This document shows positions 24,621 through 32,000 of a stretch of DNA of 32,000 bases, in pieces (within the stretch, counting starts at the first letter, position 1; each line of letters starts with the position of its first letter). Below the pieces are notes generated by a model that searched no databases, was not told where the DNA came from, and was given only the letters and a program-made list of their open reading frames with translations. The stretch comes from an uncultured Nitrospiraceae bacterium (lineage in GTDB: Bacteria > Nitrospirota > Nitrospiria > Nitrospirales > Nitrospiraceae), in the NCBI GenBank assembly GCA_963825145.1, contig CAWGSC010000002.1, positions 207,296 through 239,295 of the forward strand, written 5' to 3'. Both the position numbers and the translations under genes were made by a program.

Positions 24621-25055
24621 CTACGCAGGCAGGGCTCTGTATGCCCTGACCGATACGGACTACTTCAGGAGGTTCGTTATAGATATCCGGCTGATCTGCA
24701 CCTTCCACCGTGATCAGGCCAACGGCGCCTTTTGCGATCCGGAAGATTGCACGGTCAAGCATTGATATAGGTTCCAGGCACTTCGTAACCTAAATTCTCG
24801 CCATGGAAGCGCCGACCCGCAGGCACCACGGTGGTTTGAGACGTTCTGCAGCTGCGAGGCGTAATCAAGGAGCCCTCAGGGTACACCCTGTCAAAGATCG
24901 CGCCGAGGACGTGCCAGATGCCGCGGTCAGGTTAGGTCGCTGGACCTGCTGACGGAGCTAGAACACTCGAATGGTAGGTCGTCGCACCTTGGCCATCAGA
25001 GCGATTCTTGACCAATAGAGCCCGCGATACCGTTGCAACACCACATCGTGAAGGA
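24621..25055 (-). pseudogene. C-terminal-domain remnant of a copper nitrite reductase (NirK)-like paralog; frameshifted, N-terminal domain missing
   Basis: Minus-strand pieces: ..HVLGAIFDRVYPEGSLITP..SQTTVVPAG..LGYEVPGTYINA / DRAIFRIAKGAVGLITVEGADQPDIY..*. These parallel the intact NirK here (SLHPIGEIWDNVYESG..GVQTYVVGPGSA..ESPGVYPIVTHSLTGALRGAIAALTI). Upstream, HDVVLQRYRGLYWSRIALMAKV..RPNL may correspond to FDYVVFNGG..LEAKP..GPNE. The core 24621-24935 is firm. The stretch 24936-25055 is ambiguous with the adjoining IS3 remnant. Confidence 0.6.
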
Positions 25056-25059
25056 TGCT

Positions 25060-25500
25060 CCATAAGCCAGTTCGCGAACGAAAATCCGCAACGCGGTCTC
25101 GCCCTTCTTACGCAGGCTTGCGTCGGTAAAACGCGCCGACTGCACGGACGAGGCAACAGGTTCGCATGCCACTGTCCTGAAACGTCCCGCGCAACCAGGC
25201 GGCCAGTTCTCGACGGCGTGCGGGCCTCAGGCTTCATTCGCAAGGCGTTCGACAGCAATGCGATGTCGAGCGAGAGGCACAGCGACGAGAAGTTAGAGGC
25301 CGGCTATTGAGGGCTCTTAAACCTGCCGGAGGCGCCGCAACTCGCTCACGCCGAGGTGCGCGTACTTCTCTTCCAGGCGTAGCTGGCGCCGCCACCCGGT
25401 CCAAGCTGCCGGCAGAGATCGCCGACGGGGTGCGCTTTCTGACCCGCCCCGCGAATGGTAGACCGATCGAGACCTGAGGAATTGGCCGCTTCATGGGTCC
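25060..25500 (-). pseudogene. IS3-family transposase remnant (orfA HTH region and start of orfB), multiply frameshifted
   Basis: Across three frames: MKRP.. / AGQKAHPVGDLCRQLG..SYAWKR / KYAHLGVSELRRLRQV* / RFRTVACEPVASSVQSARF..ETALRIFVRELA. These parallel the IS3 OrfA/OrfB patterns (AGxxVxELCRKHGxSxxTFYxWKxKYGGMxVSExKRLKxLE; FxVSxRRACRLxGxSRSxxRY..DxxLRxRIxELA). Confidence 0.5.
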
Positions 25501-25842
25501 GCCCTTTGGATGTCCGGCCATCACCCCGATACCGATGCAAGCGACGCGTCGTTTGCCGGAACATGATCTAGGACAGCAGCCGAGGCAACCTCATCCGAAA
25601 ACCTGAGCTCCAGCCGTCTCATACACAGCATTGACGCAGGGAGGATCCTGAAGGACAGATTATTTTGGACAGCAGTGGGCTTGACTCTTAACCGGACACT
25701 ACGATATACACTGCAAAATTTGGCTCTGTTATTCTTTTCCTCACATACAGACGAAATGCCAGTGAGACCCCTCACATAGAAAAGACCAGTTGTACATTTG
25801 CCTGGAGAAGTTCGCCCAACCATTTCAGAGAGGAGTTCAACC

Positions 25843-26790
25843 ATGATGAAAAGACAATCACCTCAACTGATGGCCATCGCAGGGGCCATGGTCCTTGCGA
25901 TGGCCGGATTGATGGGATTGCCCTCCGAGGCATCTGCGAAGACCCATGACGTCAAGATGACGGCGCTCGAAACGGAAATCGTGATTGAAGGAACGGGAAC
26001 GAAATATAAGGCCTGGACGTTCAACGGCCAGATGCCGGGGCCGGCCGTGCGGGTCACGGAAGGTGACACTGTCAACTTCACGCTGGAGAATCCCAAGACC
26101 AATGTTTTTCCACACGCCATGGACTTCCATGCGGCGGAAATCGATTTCCTGAAGAACTACCGGGCCATCAAACCGGGAGAAACCATTTCCTTCACCTTTG
26201 TGGCGAAGAAGCCCGGCGTGTTTTTCTATCATTGCGGCGCAGCGCCCATGATCCAGCACGTCGCGCGCGGCATGTTCGGCGCGATTATCGTCGATCCCAA
26301 GGATCCGAAGGTCTGGCCGAAAGCGGACCGGGAGTTTTTGTTGGTCCAATCTGAGCTCTGGAAGAACCCCGACGATGTCGAGGCCATGTTCGCTCGGAAG
26401 TTCGACTATGTGGTCTTCAACGGAGGGATCTTCAAGTATCATCCCTTCTTCATCGGCGCGGAAGCGCTGGAGGCGAAACCGAATGAGCGGGTCCGGATCT
26501 ATTTTGTGAACGCGGGCCCCAACGAGTTTTCCTCGCTCCACCCGATCGGCGAGATTTGGGACAACGTCTACGAGAGCGGGAACCCTGCCAACAAACTCAC
26601 AGGGGTGCAAACCTATGTCGTGGGACCCGGAAGCGCCGCCACATTCGACTTGGTCTCCGAATCACCCGGGGTCTATCCGATTGTGACGCATTCGCTCACT
26701 GGAGCCCTTCGTGGAGCCATTGCCGCGCTGACGATTACACCGGTAGCCAAGGATGCTCCGCTGATGCCACTGACGCCCTGGAAGCCCTAA
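25843..26790 (+). CDS. nirK: Copper-containing nitrite reductase (NirK), two-cupredoxin-domain type
   Basis: ORF 25798..26790 trimmed to the ATG at 25843 (GAGAGGAG 7 nt upstream). Signal peptide ..PSEASA|KTHDV. Type1/type2 Cu ligand pattern: PHAMDFHAAE, FFYHCGAAPMIQHVARGMFG, and C-terminal IVTHSL. Confidence 0.88.
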   Translation: MMKRQSPQLMAIAGAMVLAMAGLMGLPSEASAKTHDVKMTALETEIVIEGTGTKYKAWTFNGQMPGPAVRVTEGDTVNFTLENPKTNVFPHAMDFHAAEIDFLKNYRAIKPGETISFTFVAKKPGVFFYHCGAAPMIQHVARGMFGAIIVDPKDPKVWPKADREFLLVQSELWKNPDDVEAMFARKFDYVVFNGGIFKYHPFFIGAEALEAKPNERVRIYFVNAGPNEFSSLHPIGEIWDNVYESGNPANKLTGVQTYVVGPGSAATFDLVSESPGVYPIVTHSLTGALRGAIAALTITPVAKDAPLMPLTPWKP

Positions 26791-26863
26791 ACGACCAGAA
26801 ATATGATAGAGGTGTGCACTCGAAGGAAGCCCTCATTTACCTCTCAAAAAAGGAGCGCCTTTC

Positions 26864-27310
26864 ATGAAACAACTTTCTCGCGCCATCAAGACTATGCTGA
26901 CCGTCGCCGTACTGTTGATCTCAGCGCCGGTGTGGGCAGCCGATGCTCCGTTGCCCTCACTCTATGAACGGCTCGGCGGAACCGGCCCTATCACGGCCGT
27001 CGTCGGCAAGTTCGTCAGCATCGTGGGCCAAGACACCCGCATCAACGGGTATTTTGCCAAAACCGATCTGCCGCACCTGAAGAAACAGCTGGTCGACCAG
27101 GTCTGCCAAGCCAGCGGAGGCCCCTGCACCTATGAGGGAAAAGACATGAAAACAGCGCATGCCGGCATGAAAGTCACGACGGCCGCCTTCAATGCCCTGG
27201 TTGAAGACCTCGTCAAGGCATTGGATACGTTCAACGTGCCAGCCAGGGAAAAGAACGAACTCCTTGGCGTGCTGGGTCCTATGAAGAAGGACATCGTCGA
27301 AGTACCGTAA
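26864..27310 (+). CDS. glbN: Group I truncated haemoglobin (trHbN-like) with an N-terminal Sec-type signal peptide
   Basis: 148 aa with AGGAG upstream. MKQLSRAIKTMLTVAVLLISAPVWA|AD, then SLYERLGG..ITAVVGKFV..D.RINGYF..LKKQLVDQVCQASGGPCTYEGKDMKTAHAGMKVT..FNALVEDL. This is the classic 2-on-2 globin pattern with the proximal His in MKTAH. Confidence 0.8.
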   Translation: MKQLSRAIKTMLTVAVLLISAPVWAADAPLPSLYERLGGTGPITAVVGKFVSIVGQDTRINGYFAKTDLPHLKKQLVDQVCQASGGPCTYEGKDMKTAHAGMKVTTAAFNALVEDLVKALDTFNVPAREKNELLGVLGPMKKDIVEVP

Positions 27311-27318
27311 AGGGCGAC

Positions 27319-27349
27319 GGGCAGGCGGTGAGATCCTCGCCGCCTGCCC
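27319..27349 (+). terminator. GC-rich hairpin after the globin gene (no U-tract)
   Basis: gggcaggcgg (27319-27328) pairs with ccgcctgccc (27340-27349) over an 11-nt loop. It is followed by atgaacgcg, so it may be a terminator or an RNA-stability element. Confidence 0.35.
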
Positions 27350-27625
27350 ATGAACGCGTTCAAGAGAGGAATACTGCAACCCAGCCGAACCGGAGCTTCG
27401 CATGGTCCGACAACTCGCATCATCGTCTACCATGAGATCTTAAGACAAATCGATGAACCTACCCAAGGGCTTCAGATCGCCTCCCTGCAGACAGGTATTC
27501 CGATGACGCGAACAGCTCATCGCAGATACGCAAACCGGACGCAGACGCCCTTCGCGAAGAGCGTACCCGCAACCTGCCCACAGCCTCATGTAGACGGCAA
27601 GGCCACGCTCAGGCACAACCGTCTG

Positions 27626-27967
27626 ATGCTTGCGATGGCGCTCACCGTGGGTCTTGCCGTATTTCAGCCGGCCGAAGCCAGCCACGCTGCCATGGAGAGA
27701 GTTCCCGTCGTGCTGATAGGACCTGGCTGCGACACCCATGAGAACGAGCTAAGCAGGGCGTTGCTCACCTTGCAGGGTGTGAACGCCGCGCATTTTCATC
27801 GCATAGCCGATCACGTCTTGGTGGATATTACCGTTGGCATAATCGTGCCGGAAGAACTGGTTCACCATCTCAATACGGCGGCCACGTCATGGCAATGCCG
27901 CGCTGAAATTATGCAGTCCTGCATCACGGCAGACCTGGCCCCCCATACTCGAATAAACGCACCATGA
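27626..27967 (+). CDS. Hypothetical small secreted protein with HMA-like (beta-alpha-beta-beta-alpha-beta) pattern
   Basis: The inner part of ORF 27350..27967 has the signal-like MLAMALTVGLAVFQPAEA|SHAAM. It continues VPVVLIGPGCDTHENELSRALLTLQGVNAAHFHRIADHVLVDITVG..EELVHHLNTA, laid out like GMxCxxC..GV..v.v domains but with GCDTH. The start is uncertain (ATG at 27503 or 27626) and the RBS is weak. Confidence 0.35.
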   Translation: MLAMALTVGLAVFQPAEASHAAMERVPVVLIGPGCDTHENELSRALLTLQGVNAAHFHRIADHVLVDITVGIIVPEELVHHLNTAATSWQCRAEIMQSCITADLAPHTRINAP

Positions 27968-28158
27968 GTGGGCGATTGAAATCCCACCAGTTTCGCACGC
28001 TATGCGGGATCATCGCCGGACTGATGTTTCTCCACGAACAGCCACTGCCGTAGCGGGCTTCGGTCAGTTCCTGAAGCAGACGTTGGCGGACCGATCCTGA
28101 CAGAATGTTCAGGAAAGCAATACCATCAAACTCATGAGGAAGAGCGATGCAGGAGGGC

Positions 28159-28993
28159 TTATTTTGTGATTTGTTTAGCTGCTTCGACAATCGATCGCGC
28201 TCCGATGCCAAAGTGGTCGACGAGTTCGTCCGGCTTGCCGCTGTATAGGATCGTGTAAACCGCAAGCTTATGCACCTTAATGCCTTCGGGCCCGACCGCG
28301 CTGAACACCGCATCACCGAGTCCACCGTGCGCATAATGATCTTCGACGGCAAGGAGCCGCCTTTGCGTGGCGCTGGCGCTGTCCAGCAACGTTGTACGGT
28401 CGATGGGGAGATACTATCGAGATCGACGATCCGCACGGAAACGCCGGCGGCGCGGGGCGGGTCGCAGCGTACCTTTCGGACCCTGTAGGACCGGTTGCAA
28501 AAAGAGCTGGCACTTACCGAGATCACATAGCTGGCGGCGGCCAGTCGGTACCTGACCGAGCGGCTCCTCCTCCCACAAGTATAACGACAGGATTATGGTG
28601 CGGACGACCGAACCGGTGACCCATTCATCCCGAGCGAACCTTGCGACATCCTGTATGTGCAAGGCGAGCGGGTCGTAGCTAAAAACCACACCATCAGCTA
28701 TCACCGCCAGGGCCTCCAGATTCCGCAGAGCCCGCACCGGTTCTATGATTTTGAAGGTCAGGGTGCGGGTACACGAATTCCCAGATCGGACTTGAGCTGT
28801 GTTGCATGGGCCTCGGTATCTTCTGGTGCGCTACTACGTAGACGGCAAATTGATCGAGACCGAACGAGTCCACCCAGCCCGCAATGTCCAGATCCCACGA
28901 ATCGGACGTCTCGCCGATCGTCCATCCTAGGCCAATGGTGCGCGAAACAATTTCAGCGCGCAGCTGAAATACTCGAAAGGAAAAACCGGACAA
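28159..28993 (-). pseudogene. Transketolase C-terminal-section remnant, multiply frameshifted
   Basis: Pieces in different frames: RTIGLGWTIGETSDSWDLDIAGW (GxxxGxDGxTHxxxED-like) / MRALRNLEALAVIADG / AAGVSVRIVDLDSISP / LLDSASATQRRLLAVEDHYAHGGLGDAV..YSGKPDELVDHFGIGARSIVEAAKQITK*. Only the last ~76 codons are an open frame. Confidence 0.6.
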
Positions 28994-29083
28994 ATGATGT
29001 GCTGTCTACATTTCAAGTTAATGAATCTGGCAAGTTCGCAGCTTGTGGTACAGACTCGCCCTGCTGACCGTGAGTGTGCTCGC

Positions 29084-29605
29084 TCAATCGCCAGAACGAC
29101 GCTGCGCATCTCGAAGCTCTGAAAGGGCCTTGAGGATCTCCGTTGGGCGCGGAGGGCACCCAGGAATACGGACATCGACAGGAATGTGGCGCTCCACTGG
29201 ACCAGTCACGGCATAGCTGCCTTTGAAGATGCCACAGTTAATCGCACAGTCGCCGAGCGCGATGACAATCTTCGGGTCCGGCGTTTGTTCGTACACGTCT
29301 TTCAACGCCTGTTCCATGTTGACAGTGACTGGTCCCGTCACGACCAACGCGTCCGCATGTCGCGGCGACGCCACGATATGGATGCCAAACCGTTCGACGT
29401 CATACACAGGGTTCGCCAGCGCATTCATTTCCATCTCGCAGGCATTGCACGAGCCGGTATCCACTTCGCGAAAGGCGAGCGAGGAACGGAACGGTTTGGC
29501 TTTCTCTTTTGCCTCCGATGTCGAGGCTTCCTCGAGCGGCTCAGCTGCTGGATGCTGCCCTGTGACCACTCCGGTTTTGAGGCTTTTCTTGAGGATACGA
29601 AACAT
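29084..29605 (-). CDS. NuoB/HycG-like small subunit of a group-4 hydrogenase-related membrane complex
   Basis: 173 aa with GGAGG upstream. REVDTGSCNACEMEMNAL..PVYDVERFGIHIVASPRHADALVVTGPVT..PDPKIVIALGDCAINCGIF..IPVDVRIPGCPPRP. All four Cys of the proximal 4Fe-4S cluster are present. Confidence 0.85.
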   Translation of the reverse strand: MFRILKKSLKTGVVTGQHPAAEPLEEASTSEAKEKAKPFRSSLAFREVDTGSCNACEMEMNALANPVYDVERFGIHIVASPRHADALVVTGPVTVNMEQALKDVYEQTPDPKIVIALGDCAINCGIFKGSYAVTGPVERHIPVDVRIPGCPPRPTEILKALSELRDAQRRSGD

Positions 29606-29698
29606 GGTTCCTCCGATAATTGCATCACACTATTCATTCGATGATCTCGTCATTGCGACACGAACTCAGCTGAATGCTGATGGCCAATCGTCATTTCT

Positions 29699-31296
29699 TC
29701 AGAGATCATTCCCTGCATAGGACAGGTTAAAGCTCTTATTGATCAGCGGGAAATCGGGAATGATATTGCCGAGCACCGCCCACTGAATCGCGGGCCAGTT
29801 CACGAACGACGGATCACGGACTTTACAGCGATGAATGCCCTCCGTTCTCTCCAGCCATCACCATGTATAGAATTTCGCCCCGCCATCCTTCGACTGCCGA
29901 CAAGGCCCAGTTCCCGGCATGTAGGCCTTGCGGTCGGTTCGCGGCGATCGGTCCCTGCGGAATGTGTAGTCGAATTTCTCTGATCAGTCGAAGGGATTCA
30001 TGAATTTCATCTATCCGCACCCGCATCCGCGCCCGCACATCGCCGTACCGATAGAGTCACCACGTTGACGGGAAGCTCGTCATAGGCGGCGAATGGATGA
30101 TCGCGACGAAGATCCCGATCAAGTCCCGACGCGCGACCCACGACACCCACCACCGCGTGGTCCCATGCGATGCGTTCGGACAGGACTCCGGTTGTCTCTA
30201 GCACGATCCTTTAAGGAGGAGTTGAGGCGAATGCGATTTCCAAGTTCTGAAAAATCGAGTTCGAGGCCATCCAATTCGGCGACGGTCTCGGCCAGTTGTT
30301 CGTTGTCAGATCCATACCGACGCCACCAACGCGATTCACCCCCGCAGGAATCGTGAACCGGTCAGCCGGTCATTGAGCTGCATGATCTGTTCTTTCATCC
30401 GGCCACAATGGGCATGAGGAGGGCATACGCCATATCGTTACAGATCGCGCCCACGTCGCCGAGATGGTTGTACAGTCGTTCAAGCTCCAGAAAGAGACTC
30501 CGCAGATAATGAGCACGGCGCGGCACCTTGATCTGCATCAGTGTTTCGACTGCTTGGCAGTATGCGAGGCTGTGGCCAACCGTCGTATCGCCGGAAACTC
30601 GCTCGGCGAGTGGACACGGCTTCGGTGAGTTGCTTGCTGCTCAAACAGTTTCTCCACTCCTCGGTGCTTCCAAAAATGATGGAGCTCAAGCTGCATAATC
30701 GGCTCACCAGCCACCGAGAATCGAAAATGGCCCGACTTCGATGATCCCTGCGTGGATCGGTCCCACGGCTACCTCGAACACCCCTTCGCCTTCAATGTGG
30801 CGGAACATGCTGTCTCCCCTTGGGCGCGCCCCAAGACGCGTCCCATCGAAAGTCTTTTTTGAGCGGGTGGGAGCCTTTGGGCCAGTGCTCATGACGGACG
30901 AGCCGGCGCAAATCCGGATGTCCGACGCGGAATCAGGCCGAACATGTCGCGAATCTCACGCTCATACCATTTCGCCGCATGGATGTGTGGCGTGATGGAA
31001 GGGAATAGTCGATCCTCTCCATGAAGATCCGTACACAGCAGAAGCCACTCTTGACGCTCCGAGAGAGTGAACAAGTAGCAGAGTTCGTAGCGCGCCTCGT
31101 GCGGCCGATGGTCTACGGCCCAGAGGAGTGACAAGGCTCCGCGCAGATTCGGATTCGAGTGGAGAAAATGCGCCACTTGAGCCACCACGTCTTTCTTAAC
31201 CTGCAGCCTCGGCGTACCATTGATCGAGGTCATTCCCACGATAGAAGCTGCAAAGGTCTCCTTCAATAAAGTTATCGCGGTCTGCGCATCAGCCAT
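29699..31296 (-). pseudogene. HycE/HyfG-like (NuoC-NuoD fusion) large subunit, broken by at least 10 frameshifts and lacking NiFe-ligand cysteines
   Basis: A colinear homolog is readable only by hopping frames: MADAQ..AAKWYEREIRDMFGLIP / GHPDLRRLVRHEHWPKGSHPLKKDF / GEGVFEVAVGPIHAGIIE / HFRFSVAGEPIMQLELHHFWKHRGVEKLFEQQ / LAERVSGDTTVGHSLAYCQAVETL..RRAHYLRSLFLELERLYNHLGDVG / MKEQIMQLNDRLTGSRFLRG / GVNRVGGVGMDL / ..LNSSLKDR / LETTGVLSERIAWDHAVVGVVGRASGLDRDLRRDHPFAAYDEL / YGDVRARMRVRIDEIHESLRLI..VEGWRGEILYMV / CKVRDPSFVNWPAIQWAVLGNIIPDFPLINKSFNLSYAGNDL*. The positions of the RxCGxC and DPCxSC motifs read RVSGDT and NLSYAGND. Confidence 0.75.
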
Positions 31297-31470
31297 ATTC
31301 CTACCTCACCGTTAAGATCGTCACTACTCGATCCATTAGCCTTCTCACTGGTTCCGACCGCGCGAACCCAACCCCCGGATCGCGGTCTGGGATCCGTGAG
31401 CCAATACCTGACACGGACATGCCTGGTCGCCAAGCTGAACAGGCTGCGAACAGCGACGCCACGACTGTAC

Positions 31471-32000
31471 TCATCGGGCCGCCACTATCCCGGCACTAAA
31501 GGTCTTCACGATAGACGCCAGCAATGTCTCCAGACCAGGTGGCACGTAGAGACCGATGATTCCCAACGCGACGATGTTGATTCCCACGGCGGCGCTCGTA
31601 AAAATGCGGCACTGTCCGGTCAACGCGGTGCCTGCCTCCTCTCCCTGCGCTCCGAGCACCATACGCAACACCTGATAGAGCAAGGTCGCAAAAGCCAGTG
31701 CGAGCAGGGCCAGAAACACATAGGCCAATTCCGGCCTGACGGCGTAGGATCCGGCAATGATCAGCACTTCGCTGGTAAAGAGCCCAAAGGGCGGCATCCC
31801 CGCCAAGGCGACGCCGGCCACTAAGATAGCGGTCCCTGCAACCGGCATCTGATTCAGCAGCCCCGTCACTCGATCAAGCGATTTGTGGTTGTACCGGAGA
31901 AACACGACACCGGCACCATAGAACGCCGTGGACTTGGCAAGGGCATGACTCATCAAGTGCAACGCGCCCGCGAAGACCCCGAGACCGCCGATGCCGAATC
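31471..32000 (-). CDS. NuoL/HyfB/MrpD-like proton-translocating antiporter subunit, C-terminal part (5' end beyond the right edge)
   Basis: ORF 31471..31962 plus an open frame to the window edge (..FGIGGLGVFAGALHLMSHALAKSTAFYGAGVV..MPVAGTAILVAGVALAGMPPFGLFTSE..) is the typical conserved core of this family. Confidence 0.75.
   Translation of the reverse strand, partial: FGIGGLGVFAGALHLMSHALAKSTAFYGAGVVFLRYNHKSLDRVTGLLNQMPVAGTAILVAGVALAGMPPFGLFTSEVLIIAGSYAVRPELAYVFLALLALAFATLLYQVLRMVLGAQGEEAGTALTGQCRIFTSAAVGINIVALGIIGLYVPPGLETLLASIVKTFSAGIVAAR

Noticed and set aside
25858-26610. 250-aa minus-strand ORF opposite nirK
   Set aside because: It is antisense to a NirK with all copper ligands in place and has no independent support.
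27350-27625. The 5' extension of ORF 27350..27967 (205 aa)
   Set aside because: Its first codon sits directly on the 3' arm of the GC-rich hairpin after the globin gene, and the N-terminal 90 aa are non-descript. Only the distal part, with a signal-like segment, is retained as a low-confidence CDS.
1-32000. Scan for rRNA, tRNA, CRISPR arrays, prophage or defence-system signatures
   Set aside because: I could see no cloverleaf-like segments, no regularly spaced direct repeats, and no nuclease, helicase, methylase or phage structural gene signatures by eye. A tRNAscan/Infernal/CRISPR-finder run would be needed to exclude small RNAs formally.

Overview
GC-rich bacterial chromosomal segment carrying an ammonia-oxidation gene island. 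The layout looks most like what I recall for complete-ammonia-oxidising (comammox) Nitrospira, but taxonomy cannot be verified here. Left to right: (1) a System I cytochrome c maturation operon, ccmABCDEFG plus the 5' part of ccmH, on the minus strand (1-5528), tightly translationally coupled. (2) A plus-strand block of three tandem paralogous secreted, C-terminally anchored proteins (AmoE/AmoD/PmoD-like by context and architecture), then copC and a long copD fused to a cytochrome c and a Cys-less peroxiredoxin-like domain (6448-10897). (3) An apparently intact IS1595-family element (11278-12286) inserted directly upstream of amoC. (4) amoC-amoA-amoB (12475-15553) with a strong intrinsic terminator. 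(5) A 5'-truncated, stop- and frameshift-containing IS256-family transposase remnant starting right at that terminator. (6) A minus-strand signalling locus: a REC-only remnant of an NtrC-type gene, a CHASE3/HAMP/PAS histidine kinase and an intact sigma54-dependent response regulator (16422-20597). (7) A SulP/STAS anion transporter and a DUF2490-like outer-membrane protein (20900-23785). (8) A decay zone with IS1595-like and IS3-like transposase remnants and the C-terminal half of a dead nirK paralog (24308-25530). (9) An intact nirK, a signal-peptide-bearing group I truncated haemoglobin and a small HMA-like secreted ORF (25843-27967). (10) A second decay zone with a frameshifted transketolase C-terminal remnant and a hydrogenase-related (HycE/HycG/HyfB-like, Ehr-type) cluster. 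Its large-subunit gene has at least 10 frameshifts and lacks the NiFe cysteine ligands (28159-32000). No rRNA, tRNA or CRISPR was recognised. The observations I consider most worth a second look:
- The copC relic between two amoD-like paralogs, a footprint of duplication.
- The IS1595 insertion between a near-consensus promoter and amoC.
- A duplicated amoA translation-initiation region that forms a 13-codon uORF.
- The nirK / secreted truncated haemoglobin / HMA-like trio.
- The localised gene decay around otherwise pristine amo and ccm genes.
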